From a virus (Duplodnaviria; Caudoviricetes), in IMG/VR virus record IMGVR_UViG_3300020171_000025, positions 245 through 64,244 of that record: 64,000 nucleotides of DNA. One strand, 5' to 3'. A model generated the notes under the pieces. It ran no database searches, was not told where the DNA came from, and saw only the letters and a list, made by a program, of their open reading frames with translations. The position numbers were made by a program, and so were the translations under genes. Below, in pieces: positions 27,349 through 37,100 of this stretch (positions are counted from its first letter, which is position 1; each line of letters starts with the position of its first letter).

Positions 27349-27936
27349 ATGTACTTAGAACAAATAACTCCAGATGTAGAAAAGATTATTTCAAGGTGCT
27401 TTCCATCATACACTGGAAAGAAAGTTGAGATATTAACTTCAATTCCATCTCAATTAAGATCTTACTGGGATGGTGGTAGCAAAACCAGTTATGTATTTTA
27501 CGGTCTGTCAGATGGTAAAACCTATCAAGTTGAAAGCAATCATCCATTTTTTGAAGCTGGTAAACCATGTCAATTAAACGGTCTACCGTTAGGAGTTATC
27601 CTGGTTTCCCATGTCATCTTTTGTGGGAAAGATATAGGGATAAGAATATATGCCAATAATCAAGACATTGCTCCTATGTTACCTAATAAAACAGAAATCA
27701 CAGAAAATGAAAAGATTGTCCTGGCATTTACCTCTGGGTTAAAATCTTCTTACGCTGGCATTTCTAATTATAGGTTTAATGAAGCGCATAAAACAAAAGG
27801 AATCACTCTTGAGTCCTGGGAAACAAGCAAAACAGAGTTAATTAATAAGGGAATGCTCACAAAACAAGGAGCTATAACTCCTAAAGGGAGAAATGCTATT
27901 GCCGGTATTCCTCAAAGTTTTACATGGTCTAAATAG
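27349..27936 (+). CDS. Early hypothetical protein with a C-terminal winged-helix-like segment
   Basis: SYWDGGSK..Y motif; LINKGML...GAITPKGRNA; AAAGGAG RBS before ATG 27349. Confidence 0.65.
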   Translation: MYLEQITPDVEKIISRCFPSYTGKKVEILTSIPSQLRSYWDGGSKTSYVFYGLSDGKTYQVESNHPFFEAGKPCQLNGLPLGVILVSHVIFCGKDIGIRIYANNQDIAPMLPNKTEITENEKIVLAFTSGLKSSYAGISNYRFNEAHKTKGITLESWETSKTELINKGMLTKQGAITPKGRNAIAGIPQSFTWSK

Positions 27937-27988
27937 TTCCCTACGAGAGGTCATGGATTAAACCTCAAAACAGAAAGGAGAAAGAACA

Positions 27989-28906
27989 ATGAAGATCGAG
28001 ACATTAAATGTGGAATTGATCGGTAGTGAGGATAAACAATACGATGCGACACAATTATGTCAATGCTGTGGGGAGGCCATTGCTCCAGTCCGACAGGCTA
28101 ACGGAATCGACTATTACTATACGGTCAATGACCGACCTATCGAGTCTACCTGCCTTGAGCAGTGGCTTGGTAAAATCGGGCAGGATATAGCTAATGACCC
28201 ACACCCCCGCTGGCTCCATGCGGCAATTAACGCTAAGTAACCTTTCAGGGGCAATCGCCCCAAACAGGATAGGCACTCAGGGAATAAGCCCGGCAAGAGT
28301 GCGAAAAATCTTAGATGAAAGGAGAATAAAATGGGAGAGATGGCGCAAGCATTAAAAGCACTCGGAAGTATCAAGGATGCATGGATAACTGAAAATCCTA
28401 ATGACACATGGGGTTTTGTTGGTAGATACGACGCAAGACTCTGTTACATCAAAGAGGATGGGACAACCCCGAATGATGATGAATTTAAGAAGTTGACCTC
28501 TTCAAATTTCCCTGGAATGACGATGAAAATCCTACATATAAAGAAAAGAGTATTCTCCACGAAAGAGGCAGCGATAGAGGCAGCGATAGAGGCAGCTAAC
28601 GCAATTGGCCAAGCATGGAAGGAAACAATCAAACCATAACCCCTATCAAGGGTAAATAAAACGGGAGGGAAGGAAATGAGAACACGAGACAAATTGATGA
28701 AGAGAGTAGAAATTGAACACGCAGATGGTAGTATTGAGAAGCTGAGGATGACGTATCCTCTGGCTCAGATTTTAGCTGATAGGCTTATCAAAGGCGGCTG
28801 GCCGTTTTGCAACATCAACATAAATGGCCGGTCGATAGCCAGTAAGCCTGACCCATCCATGATGAATGTTTACAGGGATACGGAAGGCAAAGAAGTAATA
28901 ATATAA
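27989..28906 (+). other. Three small early-type ORFs (27989-28240, 28331-28639, 28676-28906)
   Basis: Each has a strong GAAAGGAG or GGAGG RBS, and they are separated by structured spacers. Confidence 0.65.
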
Positions 28907-29085
28907 CCCCTTACCAAGGGGAGAAGGAGGGAAGGAAGATGGAAAACAATACAGTGATTTTCGATTGTGATCAGTGCGGAAACCAGTTCGAAGGGACAGA
29001 TGATGAATGTCCGAAACAGTGTCCGACATGTGACCGTTTTGTAAATTTCTTTCTTGATCCTGACGACTTCAGGGTAAAAAAGTAG

Positions 29086-29130
29086 TTTCCCTGACGAGCC
29101 GACAGGCGAAACCCCTTCGGGGGTCGGAGG
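29086..29130 (+). ncRNA. Type I hammerhead ribozyme
   Basis: TTTCC-CTGACGA-GCC(GACA)GGC-GAAA-CCCC(TTCG)GGGG-TC^-GGAGG: complete catalytic core and GUC triplet, predicted cleavage after 29125. Confidence 0.85.
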
Positions 29131-29289
29131 ATGAAAGGAGGAGGAGATGGAAAGCGAATATGATTGGTTTATAGCTGATATCGAAGACGAATGGAGTTGT
29201 TATGAATCAGAAATGCAGGGAGATAACGCACAAGAATTTGATAACATATCTTTAACACTCTAACCGCCACGGGCAGAAAGGGGTTTGCG

Positions 29290-29766
29290 ATGGAAAAGTT
29301 TAATCCTACAAAAGAAATGATTGAGGCAGCTAAAAGCGTTTTTATGGCTATGGCATGGGTTGATACAATCAGGCCAGTGGTTGAAAGCTATGAGAAAGCG
29401 ATCCTGGCGCGTCATCAATTCCATATCGCAAAGGAATGGATTGATAAGGGAATGACCGACCGGGTTATCCTGGAATCAAAATCAACCTATCTGATGGAAG
29501 ACGCTGATTTTAAGATTTTCAACGCCGAGACCTTTGAGGAAAGGGATAAGGCTGGCCTCAAAGTTGACAAACCTGAATTTTGTCCTCTTCTTACGGCTGA
29601 ATGCCTCCAAGTAGACGCTGAATATAAATTGATCGAGGCAATGAAGCCAGTAACACGCCTTGAGACCTCAAGTCTTTGGGGCGAAAATCGCAAAAAGTTT
29701 CTTGATTTAACCTTAAAATTACTTGCTCCATTTGTCGGAAATGCAAAAGAGATATTGGCAGCTTAA
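29290..29766 (+). CDS. Early hypothetical protein
   Basis: 158 aa with RBS; motifs FMAMA, YLM...DF, CPLL.AE. Confidence 0.65.
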   Translation: MEKFNPTKEMIEAAKSVFMAMAWVDTIRPVVESYEKAILARHQFHIAKEWIDKGMTDRVILESKSTYLMEDADFKIFNAETFEERDKAGLKVDKPEFCPLLTAECLQVDAEYKLIEAMKPVTRLETSSLWGENRKKFLDLTLKLLAPFVGNAKEILAA

Positions 29767-29803
29767 CTCCAGCTCTTAACGCTGGCCTACGAAAGGAGAT
29801 ATC

Positions 29804-30037
29804 ATGGAACGCTCAGAAAAAGTTGATGATTGTGGATGTAAATTGGCAAGGGATGAAACAGGATTGCACATGATTAGTTGTCCATTGCACAAGGCCGCGT
29901 CCGATCTCTTGGAGGCGTGCAAGGATGTCTGTAAATTCTACCAGGATTATTTTGATATTATGCCAGTGGCTTTTCAAACAATTGATCACATCTTAAACCA
30001 GGCCATCGACAAGGCCACAAAGGAGGGGGAGGAATGA
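29804..30037 (+). CDS. Small protein of the 'A.DLLEACK...AI.KA' type
   Basis: CPLHKAASDLLEACK..AIDKA; motif shared with 30353-30643. Confidence 0.6.
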   Translation: MERSEKVDDCGCKLARDETGLHMISCPLHKAASDLLEACKDVCKFYQDYFDIMPVAFQTIDHILNQAIDKATKEGEE

Positions 30038-30160
30038 AATATAAAATTACTGTCCACACTTGCCCTTATTGCGGTGTAACGAGCAATGCCTTGATCTGTC
30101 CCAGTAGCCGATGCCTTAGACTTACAGAAAGAAAATTAGACGGAATAGAAAGGAGGCCCC

Positions 30161-30349
30161 ATGCGACCATTAAAAAACGTCCAGGTCCGGCTCGACCCTG
30201 ACACGGTGGACAAGCTGAGGAGGGAATTGATCTTTGAAAATGAGGATCCATTGAACGATAACCCGGCTAATAACCGACAACAGCTTATAGCAAAAATAAT
30301 CAAACAGACCATTCGGGCGCGGGAACAGGCCCGGAAGAAGGAGGGATGA
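30161..30349 (+). CDS. Ribbon-helix-helix-like DNA-binding protein
   Basis: KNVQVRLDPDTVDKLRR..NRQQLIAKII. Confidence 0.5.
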   Translation: MRPLKNVQVRLDPDTVDKLRRELIFENEDPLNDNPANNRQQLIAKIIKQTIRAREQARKKEG

Positions 30350-30352
30350 AAG

Positions 30353-30643
30353 ATGGAACATACAAAAGGACCGTTTACCGTTAATTGTGTGGGGTTCAAT
30401 AGTAATTGGAGAATCGTTTATGTCACATCTCCAACAATGCAACACCACAAAGAGGAGGTAGCTAATGCAGTTGACGATAAAAACTTTATTGAAACCGCTC
30501 TTAATTGCCATGATGATCTCCTGGAGGCGTGCGAACGAGTAGCTGTCTATCTCAAAATTCATGATTCAAATTATTGGGAATCTAACGCAGATGCTCGAAA
30601 ATTAGAATCGGCCATCTCCAAGGCAGAAGGCAATAAACCTTAA
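30353..30643 (+). CDS. Small 'HT.GP..DLLEAC..AISKAEG' protein
   Basis: MEHTKGPF..N.HDDLLEAC..AISKAEG is a common phage small-protein pattern. Confidence 0.65.
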   Translation: MEHTKGPFTVNCVGFNSNWRIVYVTSPTMQHHKEEVANAVDDKNFIETALNCHDDLLEACERVAVYLKIHDSNYWESNADARKLESAISKAEGNKP

Positions 30644-30650
30644 CGCTGGC

Positions 30651-30986
30651 CTACCCATTCACCGCCTGGATCCACTCTCTCAGGTCGGGTTTTACTGGTT
30701 CGAGGGGTTGCCCCTGCGACCAGGCCCGGCCTTCTTTCCACATTTTATCCCATGCCTCCTCTCGCACTCTCTCGTTGTAGCGATCTACTTTATCAATTAT
30801 CCTAACGGTATGGACAAAAAAAGGAGCACCTGCCTTTAGGTCAATACCGTTCTTGACCCTTAACTTCCTGAGTTTATTATAGGACCACCCGGTCCTCTCG
30901 GAAAGATCCTCATAGCTCATTGATTCAAGCTCGTACCGATCAATATCTGGATCAGGAACAGACAAGCGTGCCGGGAAGAGTGACAT
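30651..30986 (-). CDS. Possible HTH DNA-binding protein
   Basis: MSYEDLSERTGWSYNKLRKL; AGGAGG RBS. Confidence 0.5.
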   Translation of the reverse strand: MSLFPARLSVPDPDIDRYELESMSYEDLSERTGWSYNKLRKLRVKNGIDLKAGAPFFVHTVRIIDKVDRYNERVREEAWDKMWKEGRAWSQGQPLEPVKPDLREWIQAVNG

Positions 30987-32138
30987 GGCGACCTCCTTAG
31001 TTCAGTATGTTGTTAGATGATATTTCTTAATCAGTTGTTCTTTCAGGGTTTTCATTTCCTCATTTTTAGGTTCATTATTTAGGTTAGATAAATTCCAAGC
31101 GGGTAAAAAGTAACAGCACCCTACACAGAAATCCACTTCGTTAATCTCCTGTTGAGTACAGCGATGACAACCACCGTGCCATAAATGTTGCACCATAATC
31201 CCTCCTCAGTTCATTCCGTTTAGTTTTTCTGATTGTTCACGTCCCATGTACAGAGCAAGAAATAGTCCTTGCCGTTTTAGAGCCTTATCCAATTTCTTGA
31301 TTAAAAATCCAACATACCAAGCGTCGAAAGCGACTTTGAATATTCGCCACATTTCACCCTCCAAATAGGTCAAGTTGGTTTATTTTGGGCTTCTTAGGTG
31401 TAACCTTTCGCCTCTTCCCGGTAAGATACGCCCTAAACAAAACGTCATCTGGTGTAACCCCTCTCCTCTTTGCATCCTTTTTGATTTGTTCAATAATGGT
31501 TCGATCACGTTCCATCTCGCCTTTCTCCGTTAAATTGGTTTTGATTGTGTCAACCGCAGAAGGAGGGTATCGGGAATGGCCGGATGTACAAAGTAGGCGA
31601 GTGTACTTCTGCTCATCCTCGCCTACTTCATCCACGGTCCCCATCATCGATCCACACCGATCACATTTCATGGGATACCCCTACCTGACTTTATGCCAAA
31701 CATAATCCATAGAGCCTGCTTTTTGTACCTGCTCATATCCCAACTTAGCCATCTCAATTTGTCGGTGACAGGAGATATAATGGCAGCCAATAGCAACTAC
31801 CACTATTAAAACAAAACCCGTAATACACCCGATTAATGTAGATTTGTGAAGAGAATTCATGCCTTTTCTCCTTTCTGGTTGTAAGGTTTCGTACCCGGTG
31901 TACTCAGTACTCATAACCTTTCTCCTTTCTATACCCTTAGAATCGATCCTGGATGCAATGGAGGCCATTCCTGGTCTACATTTGTAGACCTAAATCACTT
32001 TCCAGCATATCCAGACCCAGAGCATCGTGCAAATTACGACTTTAAACGCTACATATTTCGTTTCTTTTTCTGCTGGCATAAACAGACCTTGGAAAATTGC
32101 CCAAAAAACAAACCATCCGCCGATATAAAATAGCCAGT

Positions 32139-32594
32139 TCATAGTGGCACCTCCTTTAATCCATGCTTATCCCACCAAGTTACTGCCAATCCGAAACATT
32201 GCCATAAATCCTTCGATAATCCATAGGTCAACCCCTTTGATTTCTTAGTCCCCGGCTCCCCGAATCGATCTATTAACGCTTGCCTGATATTGCTATCTTT
32301 CGCCCTCATGGATTGGCATAAATGCATCTTAACTTCATGGCGCGGCATCAAATGGAAATCCCCTTCCCATCGTTCGCAAAATCGACCAGTCCAGAAAACG
32401 GTATCGAGGATTGTGGCTCCAACGGCCATCCCCATACACCGGATTTGTTCGATTACTAAAATGTCACCAAGAAGGAGATTGATGTTAGAAATAAGTACAT
32501 CATTATCACCAATTTCTTTATGTAAAATACGCTTCCCGTCCCAAACCAGAATAGCAGATTGTATATTTCCTGGATCAATCGCCAAAATTTTCAT
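32139..32594 (-). CDS. RuvC-like Holliday junction resolvase
   Basis: ILAIDPG, LVIEQI, VKMHLC...AKDSNIRQALIDRFG, D.WQ.FGLA. Confidence 0.8.
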   Translation of the reverse strand: MKILAIDPGNIQSAILVWDGKRILHKEIGDNDVLISNINLLLGDILVIEQIRCMGMAVGATILDTVFWTGRFCERWEGDFHLMPRHEVKMHLCQSMRAKDSNIRQALIDRFGEPGTKKSKGLTYGLSKDLWQCFGLAVTWWDKHGLKEVPL

Positions 32595-32777
32595 ACCGTT
32601 CAATCCTCCCTCTTCACTCTCTTCCTGCATACTGGACAAAAAGTAATCGGCCATGTAGGATTTGGCAATCCCTCTTTATCCTGTACTGAGACGTTCCAGT
32701 TGTTTCGCTTTCTAAACGGATATTCGCACCAACACTTTTCAGGTTTCTTTTTCGGCATCACATTTTCTCCTTTCAGC

Positions 32778-33422
32778 TCAAAAATCCCTTGTCTTCAGTT
32801 TGATAATGATCCGGCTTCCCTTTTTGTCGAACAGGGTTTCAACCGTTCGGCCAACCATTCCCTCTGCCGGCATAATTTCTCCGGTATTTTCCTTAGCGAG
32901 GACAGAGTTGAAGCCTGCTTGTACCATCTCCACGCCTTCATCAAGTGTCAAATTTCCTATGAATGGAACGGTTTTCAACCCAAGTTTGTTGGCAACATCA
33001 CAAGTATTCTCCCAGTTCAACCACCATTTCCGAGCAACTAATACATCAAACACGATGAGTTGCTTAGTCTTGCTATACCCTCCACCTTTCTGTATTCCGG
33101 CTCCGTAGCCCTCTCCATAAACGATTGCGTCTGTGGCTGGAAACAAGAGAGCCATTTTCTCGACTGTTATGTTTTCGTATAGCCATTTAATCAGATCAGC
33201 ATGAATTTGAGCGTTATCCGTTTTCCCACCAAAAGACAAACTCGGAGTTCCCCCGTGAGGATCGGCAGGATGCCAGATACACCTGATATTCGTTCCATCG
33301 ACCTTCTCTGTGAATTGCCAACTCTTAAAAATCCCATAGACAGGATTCTTGAGTTTGTCTGGAAAAACTTTATGGGTCTGTTCATCCCTCTCAAACAATG
33401 TTTCGATTTTGTGGTATTCCAT
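32778..33422 (-). CDS. RNA ligase (Rnl2-like nucleotidyltransferase)
   Basis: Motif I TEKVDGTN, YGEGYG..IQ, FDV, EGMVGR, IIKLK. Confidence 0.85.
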   Translation of the reverse strand: MEYHKIETLFERDEQTHKVFPDKLKNPVYGIFKSWQFTEKVDGTNIRCIWHPADPHGGTPSLSFGGKTDNAQIHADLIKWLYENITVEKMALLFPATDAIVYGEGYGAGIQKGGGYSKTKQLIVFDVLVARKWWLNWENTCDVANKLGLKTVPFIGNLTLDEGVEMVQAGFNSVLAKENTGEIMPAEGMVGRTVETLFDKKGSRIIIKLKTRDF

Positions 33423-33423
33423 C

Positions 33424-34224
33424 TCAATCCTCCTCTCCGTATCTGTTTCTTTCGGATGATTTTTCATGTTCTACCAAATATCCATTTACCTTGATTAAAT
33501 TGACAATCTTCTCCATAACCCCTGTCCTTCGGTGAAACTCCACCCTCAGCCTTGCCGTGGTTTCCCCTTCCTGTGGGGTCCTCTTGATCATAAACACAGA
33601 ATCGCTTTCCTGACTGATAAAGGAGGAATCCCTTATAGATTCAAAAGAAAGATTATCCTCACTCGATCCCTTAGTTGTGTGACAAAGAAGAAATATTACA
33701 AATTCTCCCGAAACTGCCAACCCTTTAAGTTGCCTAATAATTTGACCAATCTCTATTGACGGGTTTCTTATTTTTGCAAGGTCAATCAGGTAATGGAGAT
33801 GATCACAGATCACAATTCGGGTGTGGTATTTCTCAAAGGATTCATGGACCCGATCTTCGAACCACGGCAAGGCATGGGCCTTTAACTTTTGCGGTAAATA
33901 AATCATGGGCAGGGTAGGGAATTGATTGAGAAATTGACGAACAGGAACCTCGAACGAAAACCAAAGAGGATAGTATTGTTGGCGCACAAAGGAAGCTGTA
34001 AGGCTCTGTAAGAATAAAGTCTTACCCTGCTTCGTTGGCCCGGAAACAACAATCAATTCCCCTTCCCTAAAACCATCAACCACATTGTCTAAGGATGGAA
34101 TGAAGCTCTTGACATTCACCACCGATTCTGGTTTTTCTTTAAGCTTTATAGCCATCTCCTGAGAAGAGATGACCTTATCTTCCCCGTCATAGTCAGCCCA
34201 ACTTTTTAATTTCGTTTCTGCCAT
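33424..34224 (-). CDS. DnaB/RecA-family replicative helicase (C-terminal domain only)
   Basis: GFREGELIVVSGPTKQGKT, FSFE, CDHLHY, IRDSSFISQESD. Confidence 0.85.
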   Translation of the reverse strand: MAETKLKSWADYDGEDKVISSQEMAIKLKEKPESVVNVKSFIPSLDNVVDGFREGELIVVSGPTKQGKTLFLQSLTASFVRQQYYPLWFSFEVPVRQFLNQFPTLPMIYLPQKLKAHALPWFEDRVHESFEKYHTRIVICDHLHYLIDLAKIRNPSIEIGQIIRQLKGLAVSGEFVIFLLCHTTKGSSEDNLSFESIRDSSFISQESDSVFMIKRTPQEGETTARLRVEFHRRTGVMEKIVNLIKVNGYLVEHEKSSERNRYGEED

Positions 34225-34418
34225 CTTCTATCTTCTCCATGAGGGCTTGCACCCATTTTGCATTATCGAAAAGGATCTCCCGGCAAAGCTCCACGATCTT
34301 CCAACTATTCTGGTTCCGCTCCCTAATCCCCTGGAATACCTTACCCTCAGAATGAATAAATTTAATAAGATCAAGGTCATCCTGTATCGACCATTCGTAA
34401 TACTCTTTTAAAAAGGAA

Positions 34419-35027
34419 CTACCAACCTTTTCCATCCTTAATCTCCATCGGTTTTTCAATTTTACTGATCCACTTAACAATAAATCGCCGAGTCTTTTTT
34501 CTGTCAGTATGCACCATGAACCACGCATCTATTTTCGTCATCTCTTGATCAAAGTTTACCCAATGGAATTTTTCTTTTAAGGATTTTAGAAAATCCTCAT
34601 CGGACAATAATCTTTTATTCTTTGAAGATGAAGATGAAGATGAAGAAGGAGGCGTTATATTAGTGTTACAACTTTCAGGATTATGAGCGTTACGAAACTT
34701 TTGAACCCTACAACGTGTTAATTTTCTTTCTCTTTCTTCTCTAAACATTCTCCTATTAATAACCGTTACTAAATCGTTACACTCCGTTACATCCCCGGTT
34801 TTTGTAACGCTGACCTCTTTTATTGCATTGCGTAATTTATCAACTGGACAACCCAATAATCCTGATAATTGTTCTATGGTGCCTTCAACCTTACCTCTCT
34901 CTTTTGCATCCCACATAGAGGTAAGCATTTCTATCCAAATGCCTCTTGCCTCAAAAGACATTAAATGATATTCAACATCCCTCTTTAAGTCACCCCAATA
35001 GAATTGTGAAGCCGGAGCTTTCCCCAT
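34419..35027 (-). CDS. Replication initiator protein (DUF1376-like N-terminus)
   Basis: KAPASQFYWGDL....MS.EARGIWI.ML..MW; RRM.RE; poly-Ser linker; upstream of the helicase. Confidence 0.75.
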   Translation of the reverse strand: MGKAPASQFYWGDLKRDVEYHLMSFEARGIWIEMLTSMWDAKERGKVEGTIEQLSGLLGCPVDKLRNAIKEVSVTKTGDVTECNDLVTVINRRMFREERERKLTRCRVQKFRNAHNPESCNTNITPPSSSSSSSSKNKRLLSDEDFLKSLKEKFHWVNFDQEMTKIDAWFMVHTDRKKTRRFIVKWISKIEKPMEIKDGKGW

Positions 35028-35382
35028 CCCCTACCCTCTCTCTTTTTGTACTTCGGTTAGGTCACGTCCACAATTCGGACAATATCGGATCTTCCAAATG
35101 TAGCAGTTCTCAGGCCCATGTTTATCATCTTCCCAGGCCGAGACCTCTGTACGCCTCTTTCGATATTGGCAGAAACACTTCTTATGGATCTCGGAGATGT
35201 TCATGTCGCATCTCTCCACGGGTTAAGAATTTTTTAACAACTGCTCCCTCTCCTTCTCACATCTATCACACCCGCACCGATTCTCCAGGTTACGGGACAG
35301 GAGCATCTTCTTAAAGCAAATTAACTCAACCCCTTCCCATTCGGACGGGAGGAGTAACTTGTCGGTTATGTCGGTCATGGCT

Positions 35383-35512
35383 TCACCCAAATAGAGTATT
35401 TTGAATCGAATTTAGATTGTTCACTGCGACCTTGAAATAAGATTCTTTCAATTCAATCCCGATAGCTTTTCTTCCGCTTGGATTCAAGAAAGGTCTCGTA
35501 CTGATCACTCAT
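35383..35512 (-). pseudogene. Deletion scar joining a helicase-type N-terminus to a DNA MTase C-terminus out of frame
   Basis: MSDQYETFLESK in one frame runs into GRKAIGIELKESYFKVAVNNL..QNTLFG* in another. Confidence 0.55.
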
Positions 35513-35539
35513 TCAATCTCCCCCGCAAATTTTATCTAT

Positions 35540-35672
35540 ATAATACACCTTTTGGGGAAAATGTCAAGATGGCGATTTTTTACCACTTGATTACAATATG
35601 CAAGATTTATTCCAACTATTTTTGATAAAAAAAGATTATTATCTTGACAAAAGGGTTCCATTGTGAGATAAT
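35540..35672. promoter_or_regulatory. Divergent sigma70-type promoters
   Basis: Plus strand TTGACA(35644)-17-GATAAT; minus strand TTGACA(35567)-16-TATTAT; sits at the strand switch. Confidence 0.65.
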
Positions 35673-35708
35673 ATTTTTAGATCAAAAAAAATAAGGAGGA
35701 TAAGACCT

Positions 35709-36551
35709 TTGAAACTCTGTTCGATTGAAGGATGCGAAAGAGAGTCCAGGGCGAAAGATTTATGCTCCATGCATTATTACAGGAAATTCAAGTGTGGCAT
35801 AGACGATATGCGACCCGAAAGTTTTACCAGCAAAACCACCAATAATAAAGGATGCAAGGTGGAGGGGTGTGAACATACATATTTCGCTAAAGGATATTGC
35901 CGTAAACATCACGGAGCATTTTTACGAAACGGTCCTGCACTTTATAGCATTGAGCATCCCACTGACTGCAAGGTTGAAGGATGTCAGAATACACCAAGAT
36001 CAAAAGGATATTGTGATTTCCATTACAATAGATTTAAAAAAGGTTTGTCCTTAACTGCAACTCGCTTTGAACTCTTCGGAGGGGAGAATAACCCGAATTG
36101 GAAGGGCGGTGTTGCCCAATATCCCAACCATTCAGAAATGAAACGGGTTCGCCTTCGTGTCCTTAAAAGAGACAATTACATTTGCGTTTATTGTGGTAAG
36201 CCCACCAAACAGACCCACCATAAAGACGGATTAAAAATCAATCATACCGAACAGAATATGGCAACCTGTTGCAACTCCTGTAACCTGAAATTTGTAAGGG
36301 AACATACATCAAAGTATAGAAGGCTCTATGGCTTCACCTTAGCCGAAATGAGGAGGGCTAAGAAGGCTAAAAAAGCCTATGACAGATTGCTTAAAGATCA
36401 GCGTCAATCAAAAGATGCCATGAACAAAACGGGGACGGTAGGGGAAGCGAGGGTATGGGTAACGGACATTAGGAGAACCCCGCTTCTTACCTGCCATCCC
36501 CAACAAGAAATTATATCAAGCCAGTTTGGAATGTCAATGGGTGAAATATGA
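35709..36551 (+). CDS. HNH endonuclease with three N-terminal C..EGC..C..H zinc-finger repeats
   Basis: CSIEGC/CKVEGC x3, NPNWKGG, RDNYICVYCG..HHKDG..N....N.ATCCNSCN. Confidence 0.85.
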   Translation: MKLCSIEGCERESRAKDLCSMHYYRKFKCGIDDMRPESFTSKTTNNKGCKVEGCEHTYFAKGYCRKHHGAFLRNGPALYSIEHPTDCKVEGCQNTPRSKGYCDFHYNRFKKGLSLTATRFELFGGENNPNWKGGVAQYPNHSEMKRVRLRVLKRDNYICVYCGKPTKQTHHKDGLKINHTEQNMATCCNSCNLKFVREHTSKYRRLYGFTLAEMRRAKKAKKAYDRLLKDQRQSKDAMNKTGTVGEARVWVTDIRRTPLLTCHPQQEIISSQFGMSMGEI

Positions 36552-37100
36552 TAAATTGCAAGTCATGTATATTTATGCGCTGTCAACACCAGAACGCATG
36601 GTGCGATAAGGGCCACTTTAATAAGAAGGTCTTTAATTTAGAAGGCCAGTTAGGTAAACACGCCACCATTAGCAAGCGTGGCCTTTGGAAACGAGAAAGT
36701 TGTTGTGATTATTTTTATGATGAACCGATATGGGACGGGAAGGCATCGAGTAGCCAGCCATGCGAAAGCCAGCCAGTGAAAGATACTTCCTGTCCCAATC
36801 AAATTTAGAGGTAGCATGAACACCCTATCCCTTTTAGGAGAACATAAGTCTAAGGCCCCACGGGGTACGCAGGGCTCCCATGATAAAGGGTCAATCCGAT
36901 CTTCGGGATATGAACACGATGCGGAAGGGTGAGGGTAGATGGGCAGGGACTTCAATAGACGGAAGAGGGGACACTCAAGGACGCCAGGCCAAGAGTGTTA
37001 GATTCCCTGCCCTACAAACGGGACTGAGGGGGCCTTGGCCGCTCGCATCTCCGGTCCTCAACAAAAATGGAGAGCAGGGAACGCGCCGAAAGGAGGCCAA

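Noticed and set aside
27936-27975. Hammerhead-like spacer CCCTACGA-GAGG..CCTC-AAAAC
   Set aside because: Core deviates (no CUGANGA, no GAAA) and there is no stem III; at most a decayed copy.
28245-28312. Pistol- or twister-like motifs (AAACAG, TAAGCCC) in a structured spacer
   Set aside because: Hairpins are present, but I could not build the required pseudoknots.
28564-28596. GAGGCAGCGATA tandem repeat
   Set aside because: Simple in-frame 12-bp duplication (EAAI) with no further structure.
36941-37015. tRNA-like element
   Set aside because: No proper anticodon arm, no paired T-arm with TTC and no CCA; kept only as a structured element.
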